Shown: positions 24,400 to 38,215, counted from the stretch's first letter. The stretch is DNA of 64,000 nucleotides from Adineta vaga (GCA_021613535.1 CP075496.1:14880001-14944000), one strand, 5' to 3'. A program made the numbers and translations. Notes: generated from the letters alone by a model not told the origin.

Positions 24400-27300
24400 T
24401 TAATGAAATGAGGTTTGTCGTATTCGTCGTGCTGGAACACCTGACCAATGTGTATTAAATGGCAATTGTTCATTTTTCATGATGAGTGTATATGGAAAGA
24501 GGCGATTTTGTCCATGAAGTGTTGATCCAGAAAGCAAAAAGCAAGCACTCGTGATTATAGTTGAATTCTTCACAGTAACTGGTGCCAATTCATAGATCCT
24601 TTGTTCGAATGTATGACACTGTAGAAAAAAAGAGATAATGCAAGTAGATATATATAATAGAATGTAATATATTACTTGTATGATACTTCCCATGCTTAAG
24701 CGAACATGATCACCAATAGTCACAAATTGAGAATCAACAAGAGCATAGACGTCAGATATAATAACATCACAGCCGATTTGAGCACCGAGTAGACGAAAAT
24801 ACATAACAAGAAATTGTGTTCTTGCGAGAAATGGAGCAATAAACACATAAAAGTCGTCAAAAAGATGAGCGATCAATATGAATGTACTAGTGATCATCTC
24901 CGAAAAAGTAAACTTCGTTTTTGTTCGTTGACCTACAGTTGAATAGCGATAGATCATGCAGAGAAGAATTGTGTGAGTAATTGGTACGGCAATCATAGGC
25001 AATACTGAGTATAAAGTAGTGGTAAAACATTTAGTAATGAAGAAAATGGAACAATTGTACATGAAACATGAAAAAGCTGACCAACCAGTGGATGGTGCGT
25101 GTTGCGCCGATGTTACTTTATCCGGCATAAGAAAAGGCATTTGTCGACCTGGTATACCCAATAATACTGCACCTGAGGTACTGCAGTATGACTCTCGTGT
25201 GATTAGAGTTAGAACACCTACCATTGTATTAGCTTTGAGATATGTGCCTGGCATGAGTGTACATTCATTGCCAAGATTAGTACCTGAACCCAATGAGATC
25301 CTATCAACAAGACAATCTCCAAAGTCGGTCGTTTCAAATGAAACAAGTTTAACTCTAGAGAATATGGTCACACTACGTTCAAGTTTAAGAAGATTCGTAG
25401 GAAAATGTAATAGAAAGTAAACCTCAGCCAATTTAACATCATCTTCGATTTCAGCGCCCAAACATCGAAGACAAATTATGGAGATTTCATCATATGAAAA
25501 TACTAATGAGAATGAAATACGTGACGATGACAAAATTAGTTGACGCAACCATAACTTATGTAAATAGTAGTAAGAATTCATTGGATATTGACCCGGTGTG
25601 GTTCGTCCCACAATAAACTTTAACAGGAGCAAGCTGACGGATAAACTTAGTAAAGACCAAAAGAGCAAAGTTAGAGCAAGATTCACAGGTAACAAAATAC
25701 ACCAAGTTGAACAAAGTTGATAGACGAAGTAGCTAAAACTAATAAGAATACAATGAATAAAAATACAACACAAAAGGCAAATGAATTGGAAGATTATATT
25801 TCCATAGCAGAAAGATCGATCTTTGAAGGAGATGTTGTCAGTCATTGGTGAAACTTGTCCAGTGACTGCTGACACTGCTTTAATATGGACATAATCTTGT
25901 ATTCTCACGTCACCGTGCAAGACACAGCGAGTACCGATGGTACAATATGATCCAATAGAAATTGCATCAAGTTTATAGATTGCAAGATCATAAGTTAAAC
26001 TCGACAAAAGTGTTTCATCGCCAATAAAGGTCGATTCTCCCACTTCAAGCAACCAAGGGGTATCGATCATTGTAGTATAAATTTGTGTATGACGACCAAT
26101 TTTAGCACCACAAACTCGAAGATACCAGTTATAAAATGGAGTGCCCAATAAATGATGTAGCCAGTAGCTATTGTTAACTGACCACAAACGTTCCAGAAAC
26201 CACCAACGATAGTAATCCCATGAATATATACGGTCATCTATCTTTCTAACGTGCTCACGCCGCAAGAGCAACCGTTGAAATAGAACATACGATAATAAAT
26301 GCATTACAGGCACACAAACTACCGTCAACATATTTTCATACTGGAATACTTTCCATATAGGATAGATCCACTGACATGCAAGTAACACAATACTGATAAA
26401 TTCCACATAGAGATTCGGTCTAGGCTGTTCGTGATCAACAACTCCTTGCTCGATTTCAATCTCCATCGGTTTTTCCTCTCTATCAGACGCTAATGATTCC
26501 AAAGCCCGAGCAAGTCTTCCAATAGTTGGATGCGCAATAAGAAGGTTCACATCAACTTCTGGAGAAATCTCAGCACGTATCACTGTCAGTACACGGATCA
26601 ATCCCAAAGAAGTACCACCCATCTCCTCAAATCGCATGTTAACATTAGGAGAAGTGATCTGAAATGCTTCCGCAAAAATTAATAATAGACGAATCTCCAG
26701 TGATGTTAGAACTACGACGTCGTCAACATTATCGTGCAATTCTCGAGCAAAATCAGGCGACGGAAGTTTCTTTCGATCTACTTTTCCATTCGAATTCAGT
26801 GGAAATTCATCAAGAATAATAATCATTGACGGAATCATGAATGATGGAAGATGTTGAGAGCAATAGCCGTGCAATTGCTTTTCATTGAGATTAGAACCTT
26901 GAACATATGCAATCAGATGTTGATCACTCCATTTGACCACAACACAATTCGACACTTGAGTGGATGCATGGAATAGACACTGTTCTATTTCAGCTAATTC
27001 AATTCTTTGTCCGCGAAGTTTAATTTGAAAGTCTTTTCTACCAACATAATGAAGGAGACCTTGATGATCAAATCGAACAAGATCACCGGTTCGATAAAAT
27101 ATTTCTTCATTGACGAACATCAATACTTTTGATGTTAAATCATCTCTGCCCAGATAACCTGCAAAAACACCAACACCTCCCACAAACAGTTCCCCTTCTT
27201 GATTGACGCTGACTGGTTGTGAATATTGATCAAATACGACGCATTGTTGGTTGCGAAGTGGTCTTCCTATCGGGGGACTTCCAAGGTCAAGTCTGATGTC

Positions 27301-30300
27301 TACGAGATGACATGAAGAATCAACGGTTACTTCTGCTACTCCATACATATTCCAAATTCGAGCATCTTTTGATAGCACTGAGTTGACGAAATGAGCCAAC
27401 TGCTGTGGAAATGCCTCACCTAAACTTAAAAAGTTCTGATTTTTACATGCATTTTAGCTTCAAGAGAGACTTGCCTCCTGGGCATATCTTTCTCAGGTGT
27501 TGAATGACTGAAGAAAGACCACTGTTCTTTAGATATTGAAAAAATGCTTGAATTAGTGTTGGTACCATAGCAGCATACGTAATTTGTTTTTGACGGAAAA
27601 CGTTCCCGAGATATTCAAAATCCATAATACCATTTTCATGAAGCATAACAAGTGATCCACCAATGACGAGAGTGCCCAAAAGTTCACTTAAATGATTATC
27701 GAAAGAGCAGGGGGAAACCTGTAATACTATATCTTCACTACTCATTGGACCAGCATAGATAAGAGAATTCATATACACAGTAAAATTGCGATGTCGAATT
27801 TGAGCCTAAAAACCGTCGGAATTCAGCAAAACTAGTTGAATAGGAAAACGAATAGAAAACTTACCGCTTTCGGAACACCCGTTGAGCCACTGGTAAAAAT
27901 GATATATGCGATGTCTTCTATAGAGACTCGAACATTTGATAATTTTTCAAAATGAATATTGAGATCGAAACTATTTCTATTGACGATGGTCTCGATATCA
28001 AGTGTGAAACAATCATTCGTGAACTTTTGGTTTGTCATCCAATGAACGAGAACAAGATGGCTTTGAGTTTGTTTTATCAGTGAATCGAGTCTTTTTTCTG
28101 CATCACGTGGAGACAGTGGACAATAGACAGCACCAATCATTTCAATGGACATTATGCCAATCACCTATACAATCAGCACACATATCCATAAGCAACACTA
28201 TCATCTGCTGCTACACTTACCATCGATATACTACGTTCGACACATTGACAAATGACATCACCACTTTTCACATTGTGGTGCACCAAAAAATCAATGGAAC
28301 ACTTTTGAACATAATACAGAAGTTCATCATAAGTGACACATTGTTCATCAAGTTCAACTGCCACTTTTTGTGAATAAGTTAGAACTTGTTTAGTAAACGA
28401 CTCTACGATGGTATCTTTGATCTGTTTCGCTTCTGTACTAATGTTCGTATTCAAAGAAGTGATCAATGTCAGTTCGTGAGGTAGGATAAGAGATAATTCA
28501 TATAAGGATGAGCTGATAGGTGCTTCTTCAGCAGAATTAAAGAGTCGTTGAAGAAGTGTTGAGAATCGATGAAGCATCACGTCGACTGTTGTTTGATCGA
28601 ATATATCACTGGAACAGATGAGAGAAGCTGACATAATATTTTCTGCTGCTAATGGATCATAGTTGAATGCTAGCATAAAATCAAATTTGGCCGTGTTTTC
28701 AACTTCTAACGATAAAAGTGATTCGAGCTGTGTTCGATCAAGTAATAATCGATTTATCTCTGGTATGTGAGTGACAAAATCAAAGACAGTCTCAAGAAAT
28801 GCTGCACTCGAATGTTGATGAAGTGAATCAACAAGAATATGTTGCAGAGGATAGTGTGAATGCTTCATAATTGATAAGCATTGGAGTTTCACTTGTTTGC
28901 TTAATTGTTGAAAGGAGTTTTGAGGATCAGGTTGGATACGATAAGGAAGAGTAGCAACAAACATACCAATGAGATCATGTAATTCAGATCTGTATCTGTT
29001 AGCATTGATAGAAGCAATACATAGATCATTTTGACCATTGGTGAGCTTGAAGAGAAATGCATAGAATGTAGCAAGACCAAGTTGAAATGGAGTCATTTGA
29101 TGTGTCGAGGCAAACACGAGAAACGAACGAGACACGTCATCATCGAATCGTATTTCACTGTGAGTGGCATGTATCGATCGATCAGTAGCTGTCAAACGAC
29201 GTCTGTCAAATGGAAGACTAAGACCATTTTCAAAGTCATAGTCGATGAGTTGTGTCTGCCAAAACGATTGACTATCACTGATGTCGATTAAACGTTCGTG
29301 AACTGAATAGTCAAGATATTGCAACTTGTCGTCAAAGTTGGGTGGTGGTCCTTCAAAGCTGCATGCCATAGCAAGATCGCGAAGAAAAATCAATGCAGAT
29401 GCACCATCGAACGCTGAATGATGGAAGTTGAAGACAATAACGTCACCTTTCCTCAAAGCATTGTCATCATCATTCAATTCCTGATGAATGCTATGTATAA
29501 CAGAACAATGGAGAACGCGGCCCTTTGCTAAATCAAAAATCTGTGAAGATTGAATCTTCTCACAGACATTGATTATCTTGTCGTCTGCGTTGCTTTCGAT
29601 CTCAAGAGTAACGACTTCGAATACATGCTTTTCCACATATGCATCCATCGTGTGCAACACAGTTTGTGTTGGAATACCGTCTACATCGAAGCACAGCGCT
29701 GTATGAAGAACTTGATGTTTGTCAACCACAGCTCGCAGTGCTTCATATAGTCGATTAATTGTGATATTTTCAGCGTCAGATGAAACACGATACACTAATG
29801 GAATCGCGTAGACTAAATTATCTTTTGATCCCAAACGAAATTGTTCGTCAAGTAGAATACGTTGTTGTGCATACGATGCTTCAGCTACAACATAGTAGGG
29901 TTTATTATTTCATGAAAAGAGAAACTATTCAATATTACCTCGACTGAGATGTAAAGGACGCCAACTAGTTGTAACACCATTTTCCTTTAACTTTACTTTC
30001 TCAATCATATGAGCATGACTCTTTATAGTAGAGTGTTGGAACAATTCGGAAATAGGAAGATCATGGGAATCGAAATCAAACATCATCTTGTAACGATGAT
30101 ACAGTTGCATTATCAACAAAGAATGACCACCAATATTGAATATACTTGTTCCGGTTGAAATTCGATCGTGATGAAGAAATTCGCTCCATAATGAATGTAT
30201 CATCATTTCATAATCATTACTTGGTTGCATATCTCCATTATCAGTAGTAACCGAAGATGTTTGAACAGCAAAATCAGGTGCAGGAAGTTTCTTTCGATCT

Positions 30301-33300
30301 ACTTTTCCATTCGAATTCAGTGGAAATTCATCAAGAATAATAATCATTGACGGAATCATGAATGATGGAAGATGTTGAGAGCAATAGCCGTGCAATTGCT
30401 TTTCATTGAGATTAGAACCTTGAACATATGCAATCAGATGTTGATCACTCCATTTGACCACAACACAATTCGACACTTGAGTGGATGCATGGAATAGACA
30501 CTGTTCTATTTCAGCTAATTCAATTCTTTGTCCGCGAAGTTTAATTTGAAAGTCTTTTCTACCAACATAATGAAGGAGACCTTGATGATCAAATCGAACA
30601 AGATCACCGGTTCGATAAAATATTTCTTCATTGACGAACATCAATACTTTTGATGTTAAATCATCTCTGCCCAGATAACCTGCAAAAACACCAACACCTC
30701 CCACAAACAGTTCCCCTTCTTGATTGACGCTGACTGGTTGTGAATAGTCGTCCACAAGCAAACACTGGTAACTTGGAAGTGGTCTCCCTATGGAAATAGC
30801 ATTGGTGTTGAAAGTAGCAATCAGAAGATGACATGTTGACACTAATGTTGTTTCGGCAGGACCATAAAGATTCCATATCTGACAGTTTTTCACCACATGT
30901 TGTCGTAAAATGCTCGCCAGTTTCACAGGTAGAACTTCGCCTAGCAATTATATATACGAATATATGAAATATATTCGATGATTCTTCGAAGAGACTTACC
31001 AATGCTACAGTATGAAGTTAAGAAGCAGAGAGCGTGTTCTAGTTTTCTCTTTACAATAAAATCAATGAAACTTGTCGCTAGGGAGGGCACAATATGAATG
31101 TACGTGATCGACTTCTTTGCTAATACGTCGGCCAAGTATTCAAAATCTAATATACCATCAGGATGAAGCATAATCAAACTTGCACCAGCCGTCAATGTGC
31201 CCACAATGTCTTGTACATGAATATCGAACGAACATCGCGATATCTGCACTACCGTGTCTTTGATATCAAATGTGCCGCTTTGAAGCAAAGATTGTATGCA
31301 TTCAGTAAAATTGCGATGTCGAATTTGAGCCTAAAAACCGTCGGAATTCAGCAAAACTAGTTGAATAGGAAAACGAATAGAAAACTTACCGCTTTCGGAA
31401 CACCCGTTGAGCCACTGGTAAAAATGATATATGCGATGTCTTCTATAGAGACTCGAACATTTGATAATTTTTCAAAATGAATATTGAGATCGGAACTATT
31501 TCTATTGACGATGGTCTCGATATCAAGTGTGAAACAATCATTCGTGAACTTTTGGTTTGTCATCCAATGAACGAGAACAAGATGGCTTTGAGTTTGTTTT
31601 ATCAGTGAATCGAGTCTTTTTTCTGCATCACGTGGAGACAGTGGACAATAGACAGCACCAATCATTTCAATGGACATTATGCCAATCACCTATACAATCA
31701 GCACACATATCCATAAGCAACACTATCATCTGCTGCTACACTTACCATCGATATACTACGTTCGACACATTGACAAATGACATCACCACTTTTCACATTG
31801 TGGTGCACCAAAAAATCAATGGAACACTTTTGAACATAATACAGAAGTTCATCATAAGTGACACATTGTTCATCAAGTTCAACTGCCACTTTTTGTGTAT
31901 ACTGCACTGATCGACAAATAAACTCTCGATTGATGCATTTAGCTGATGAGAATGGCACATGATAATGATTAATTGATGATATGACTGGTGTTTCTTCTGG
32001 CAGTGTAAGTGACATCTGATTAATCGGGTGATTGGACTTATTGATAAGGGCGTTGCAAAGTTGCTCTGTCATGTTAAAAAAACGTTGGGCAATTCGATTA
32101 ATTGTGTTGACATCATATAGATCGACTGACCCATCGATTCTGGCACTTAATACATCAGTATTTAAGTCATGGTGGATGTTAAGGGAAAAATCAAAGTTAC
32201 TGGTGATTTTATCTGTATTCGTTTGGGCTGAATGGGGCACAGTAGAGATCGGAACATTGCCAAGGATTGTATGATTATGGGTGCTCTTAGTTGCATTACA
32301 AAGGAATTCGAATGAGATATCTAGAAATGCTGCTCTCTCTGCAAGATCGTGTTGAGCAAGAATCTTCTGAAGCGGAAAATAAGAATATAGGCTAGTTCGT
32401 CGCGCCATTACATGTACGTCTTTGACAAGCTGTGCACATGTACTATACGGATCGATTTGATATCGGAAAGGAATAGTATTAATAAACATTCCGATGATCA
32501 GATTTAATTCTGGTTTATAACGAGCTTGTGTATTGATTCCAACACATAAATCTTGTTGACCATTTGTCAGCTTGAATAAAAATGTATAATAGCAGGCGAG
32601 TGCTAAGTGTTTTGTTTTGATATTGTTGACTGATGCATAATTTACAAAGTGTTGAGAGAGTTCTTTATCGAAATCGAAACAGATTGACGTACTGGTACCA
32701 GTTCGATGTTCGTGAGCAGCACGAAATCGATCAAACGGTAACGATAATGACCGATTTATTTCAGAATTTCGAAGAGCGTCAAGCCAAAATGCACTCGCCA
32801 TAGTCATTGACATTTGCTGTTCAATAGCAGCATCTAAACAAAATAAACAAATGATTCGAATTAAATTATAGAAAAAACATATTCGTAGCAAACTCACAGT
32901 CAAGATAACGCAACTTCATACGATCATCTGTCAATTGACCAGTTTTAAATGCTTGGTCAAGATCACAATGAAAGATATGCATTGAAGGAAAATCAAAACA
33001 GGCCTGATGAAAATTAAATATGATTGCGTCATTTTCGAAAAGAAGATCTTCTTGAAAATTATGTTTATCACGAACAATGTGACATCGAAAGACAAGACCT
33101 TTTGAAAGATTAAAATGGTTTGGATTGCTTTGTTCATCATGCATGATTTGTTGCAGATCTTCATCGATGTTGGATGTACTCTGAACAAATGTATATAACT
33201 GTTGGTAATTATTGTCAGTTGGTACAATGATTTTTTGCATTAAGACATTTTCATTTTTATCAAAAACGAGTGATGTACGAAGTGATTCATGTTTCATTAT

Positions 33301-36197
33301 AATCAGTTCTAATGCTTGGCGAAGTTTTCTAATTGATAATTTACCAGTAGATGAAATCCGATACAGAAATGGTATGTTATGAATAGCTACTTGTGATTGT
33401 TGTGAATCAAATCGAACTTTTTCATCAAGCCAAATACGTACTTGAGCATAAGAAGCTGAACCTAAAATATTCAACAATAGAATGAATGCTCATATTGCGT
33501 ATATAAAACCAAACCTGCTATACTTACTTAAATTAGATATTAATTTTTACTATTTAAAAATTTTCATTTTGATTACAGAAATGTTATTCAATTCATTTTC
33601 TTATTTTTATAATTTTAATTTCGGAAACTGTATGAATATATACTGTCCTTTAATTAATATTAAACGTTTATGAGAAAAATCAAAATTCTTTAAATAAAAT
33701 TTCTAATATCGAATTAGATTAGCCACAATGGTGAACATTAAAATACAGATGTGTAGATTCTGCGTTTACACTAAATATGTTCATCAACAGATATAGTGTG
33801 ACCAGAACGAAAAGACTTTAGACGACACGTTTTTCGAAGGCTTCGATTCGCATGAGAATGAATATAAGAGTATGAATTGAAATAGGTGAATATAAATGGA
33901 GCATTCAGAGCTATACTCTTACTGCCAACGTAGACTTTTCTATAGGAATAATTTCCACTATAAGCCACATAATGCGCAATAACTGAGGTTTATCGACGAG
34001 TGCAGCGACTATTTCTCATCATTATTTATGCATATTTGCATCTCAATAAGAAAAATTTCTAACATACAGAATTGCTAAAATTTCACGAATTATAAAATGA
34101 ATTTTCGCTACTCTTTAATTCCACTATTTTAACTTATGTCCATTCTTTTTTTGTCCAAATGACACTATATTACGCTTAGCATTTATTATAAAAGAAATGA
34201 GCTCGTCAGCTAAATTTTATCCATTTCACAATTATTGAAACAAAAGAATGTGAATGGTTTTCGACGTTTAAACTATAATTAGTTAATTTACGTCTAGATT
34301 CTTTTTTTTAGGTATAGACGAGATATAATCATATTGTCATACGTCTGACGACATATTTATTTCTCTTTTTTCATTGTGTATACACTTCATCTCACAGTAA
34401 AATAGATGGCATTAGTTTGACGTTAAGCTTAAGTGAACCGGTCTGTCCTCAGCGCTACTGTAGAAAAACAAATTCCATAAGGCCGACAAATATAAATACT
34501 TTTTCAATTCTGAAGCAGTTGAGAGGAATCTCCTGTTCCAAATTCTATCTCGTGAATGTGTTTTTCTTTACTAAAAATATCAACTAACCTTGGTTATTGA
34601 TTGGTGGCATTTGTTGGAACATGTCCATTTGAATTTCATTAACTTCTTCATTCAATAGCCAGCGTAACAATGAAACTGATTCATCTTTTCTGTCGTACGC
34701 TGTTTTTCTTGTAAATATGTGTCGTAAAAGACATTGAAATCGTTTGGTAAGAATACTGATTGTATTTTTATCAATTAGATCAACTGAACATTCAAGAAAT
34801 CCTTCTGTTGTTTGTTTCTGATGATTGTGACAAAGAGTTAATGAAAGATCAAATAGTGAAACACCATTATCATGCGTTAAATATCGATTTTTACTACCAC
34901 CTAATTGAACATCCTTCATTTTCATGTCAATTTCACTTTTATATGAAAGATTTGAAAGATGAGATTCGTATTGAAAACTAATCTGAATTGTTGGTGGTCG
35001 TTTATCTAATGTATAATCAATAATATGTTGGTATGGTAAATGGGAATATTCAAGTACTTTTAAACAAAGATTACACACTTTTTCAATTAAATCTGGAAAT
35101 GTATTTTCTTGATTAATTTTTAACCGGTAAGGAATAAGATTAACAAACATGCCAATGATTGACTTCAATTCAATTAAAGAACGACTACTGGTTGGAATTA
35201 AGATACATAAGTCGTTAAATTCGGAATAATTAAGTGTATAAAGAAAAATAAAGTAGCAAGCAACACCTAATTGAAACATCGAAATATTGCTTACTAATGC
35301 AAATCGCATTTGTTCTTCAACAATATCTTGATCAAGTTCAAATTTAACTGAATGACCAAGACCTGAACGTGCTACTATTAATTTATTCGCTGCTTGTGAT
35401 AGAAAAGAGAATGAATAATCATCATTCCATTGATAACCATTCATTATGGTTGACCAAAATTGGCGAGTTTCATTCATTATTGTGGATGAACTGTTAAGTT
35501 GATTTAGTTCATACAATGTGAAATCTATATATTGTAAGGTATTTTTGTGATCGACTTTTGTTGGCTCATCATATGCTTCTCCAAATGCAATAATAAAATG
35601 TCCAGCACTTATTAGATCAAATGCAATATGATGAAAAGCGAAGAGAATGATATCTCCTTTGTGAAGATATTTGTCATGTTTACTTTTATTGTTCATTTGA
35701 ATAAGATGACATCGAACAACAAGACCTTGATCGAGCCGAGCAAAAGGTGTATTTGTCTCGGCCACGAGTAGAGCGTCGAATTGTACATCCGACTGGACAT
35801 TGTGCGTCACGCAAAATGAAATTCGTTCGTTTGTTATGGGCATCACTTCCTGCACAATCTGATTTTTATCATAATCGAAATAAACAGCTGTGCGAAGAAC
35901 ATGATTTCGTTCAACAACGGTCATTAATGCCGTTCGAATTCGTTCAATTGACATTGTTCCATCTTTAATATATAATGGCACAGTAATATTATAAAGCGCC
36001 ACTGATGTGGAGGCTGATTGATTAAAATGGATTTGTTCATTCAACCAAATTCGTTGTTGAGCAAATGATGCAGGAGCATGTGTTCGGTCACTAATACTGA
36101 TAGTAGGTGGTAATAATGGTAAACAGAACTGTGATGCAGCGGATAGTGTTATCTTCACATTTTTCTTGGCAGCAGATCGAATAGCAGTTGACCTCAT
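24400..36197 (-). CDS. Non-ribosomal peptide synthetase C-C*-A-T-C-A-T with Pls/PosA-like membrane terminal domain, ~3383 aa
   Basis: Exons 36197-34589, 33461-32898, 32833-31746, 31689-31390, 31330-31000, 30940-29939, 29884-28221, 28164-27865, 27805-27475, 27419-24676 and 24618-24400 join in frame (10152 nt). Motifs: C HHIAFD/HQACFD/HHSAFDG; A YIIFTSGSTGVPK, YGPAE/YGVAE, YRTGD, KLRGQRIE, NGKVDRK; T GGHSL/GGTSL; three GAxI(G/E) beta-helix units separated by hydrophobic helices. Confidence 0.93.
26762..27225. repeat. 464 bp direct repeat identical to 30283-30746 (C-terminal part of A domains)
   Basis: Base-by-base match at offset 3521; same peptide SQPVSVNQEG...KVDRKKLP in both ORFs. Confidence 0.92.
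27778..28372. repeat. 595 bp direct repeat near-identical to 31303-31897 (N-terminal part of A domains incl. two introns)
   Basis: Match at offset 3525 with one substitution seen (NRNSF vs NRNSS). Both introns are identical. Confidence 0.92.
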
Positions 36198-37379
36198 TGT
36201 ATATGTGAAATTTATGAATGTTAAGTTTTTCTTTTTTTTGCTACTGTAAGTGCTATAATTACAAAAAGAAGAATCATTTACAGATAGTTTTCATAAACAT
36301 TTTTGTATCGCAAACATCATTGACTGAAAGCATCAGATGGCTCTAGCTACTAATTGAAAGCAAACATTATCTGATTTGTAATAGAAATTTTCGCTGGTCG
36401 ATTTGTTTTCGTTAAAAAATCAAAGATTCAAATATTTCATTTTCAAATATCAAATATCTACTTCTACTTCTAAGAGAAAATATTTTTCAACGAATTGTTT
36501 GCAGTTAAATTACATAGATACGAAATAAGATTTGATTGCAGAAAAATATAAAACTTCTACATGTAAATAGAATGACATTCACGTATTTAATGTGAGAGAA
36601 AGCTTTTCGACTATACTAGAGCTAGTCGCATCCAGGAGCTGAGTAATCGTCACAAATGTCCCCAAGTTGTAGTCCGTAGAAAAGCGCCTCGTAGTATAAA
36701 TGTTTTTGTTAGAAATTGTCTTTTACAAATGACCCTATAACATATAGTCGTTCTGAAAAATATTCTCAATTATTGAATTGTCCTTTAATAAAAACACAAT
36801 GAAAAATGTGGATTTGAAGGTAGACATAGGAATATTATTGTGAATGAAAGTGCCAATGTAACTAAAAGTAAGAAGTAGGTTGTGGGTTGGGATGAAGGTG
36901 ACGTGGAAAGTGAGAGTGAGAGTAAGAATGATGATGAGTATGATAATATCAGTGGAGATGAAGGTGTGGGTGGAAGCAGAATAAGGTTACAGTCACTTCA
37001 CCCATCCTTAATGTGACGAATTATACTCGCATATATTAACGCTTTGTCACAGCCTCTCTATCACCCATGCTTTCAACTATGTTTTAGACACACTTTATGT
37101 GAAATTTTCTTAACTCAGGTTGTCCCTTTTTTCGACATTTTATACAACTCGAAAAGAACAAGCCGACCGACCTGAAACTTTTACTACGCATAGAGTCTTT
37201 GAAATAATTCGACACGTGTCCGAGAAAAAATAATTCGTAACTGACTTTTAGGGATTTCTATGCAAAATCTTGGTTCTCAAAAAGTTTTATTGGGATCATG
37301 GAAACTACCCAAACACTTCGTCCAATCGAACTGAAAATTTCAATTTAGGAGTCACTGCACGATAGTGTCGATCGATCAT

Positions 37380-38025
37380 GCTCAACGAAAAATCTTAAAC
37401 TTGTGCTTTCGACTTCTGGCAGCTCTAACTGAATAGTGTCTAGGGAAAAGGTTTGACAGAATTCTATTGAGCTGATCTAAAGAAAGTCCATCTAAATATG
37501 AATTTCCGTCATTTTTCCCTATAAATTTTTAAAACAGATTTTTACAGATCAGCTCGAGCGAATTTGCTGAAACTTTCTTTACAAAGACCTTTCACCGAAT
37601 GCTATCTAAAAGTGGTAAAAAAATTTTGGAATCTTCAGTAGAACGGTGTCGAATATTTGTTTTGTGTAACAGCTCGTGTCAACTGTTCGAAGTGTTATTG
37701 GGAAATCAGACTAGCATAGCGAAATAAATCCGGAATTCTGAGTGGACCATATTCTTTCACCTGTCAGCGAATAAAGCTGATGATAAAGGAGCGATGACTG
37801 TGGATATAATAACACAGCATACCGCCTAACTTTTGAGGACCTGTTTGGTAAAAAAATTCGTTCTCAGAGCGGGAGTATCTTCGTCAGAAAATGTGAGACG
37901 AAGCTAAACGTTTGCTTTTATAGCTAAAAAATTGTGCTCTCCAAGGCTGTATGTGTTCCACACGAAACTGAGAACTAATCGAGCGGCCCCCTATGGAAAT
38001 CGGCTGTGGTTCTCGTACAGTGGAT
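37380..38025. repeat. Old dispersed repeat family (other copies ~39655-40130 direct, ~48750-49390 inverted, fragments ~8690-9060)
   Basis: Shared blocks gagcgaatttg..caaagacctttca, cgtcaactgtt, attctgagtgg..attcttt, ctcgt(a/g)cagtgg. Confidence 0.7.
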
Positions 38026-38215
38026 CTCTGTAAAAAAATCTAGAACTTAAAATGGTTTTATTCAGATATACGAAACTCGAAAAGGTTTTAGACTTTTCTT
38101 CTAGAACCAAAAACAGGTTCGGAAAATGGTACCCAAATTTAGAATCATAACAGGTTCTAGCTCTAGGGTAAAACCTTTTATGGCTCACTATTACCGGGTT
38201 TTTCTTACCGAGATC

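Noticed and set aside
25019-32274. Plus-strand ORFs overlapping the NRPS
   Set aside because: Antisense shadow frames without motifs.
24400-36197. NRPS fragments as separate genes or a frameshifted pseudogene
   Set aside because: Every break coincides with a splice-consensus intron, and the exons join in frame.
12362-36197. Bacterial contaminant operon
   Set aside because: Spliceosomal introns and eukaryotic transposons lie inside the genes.
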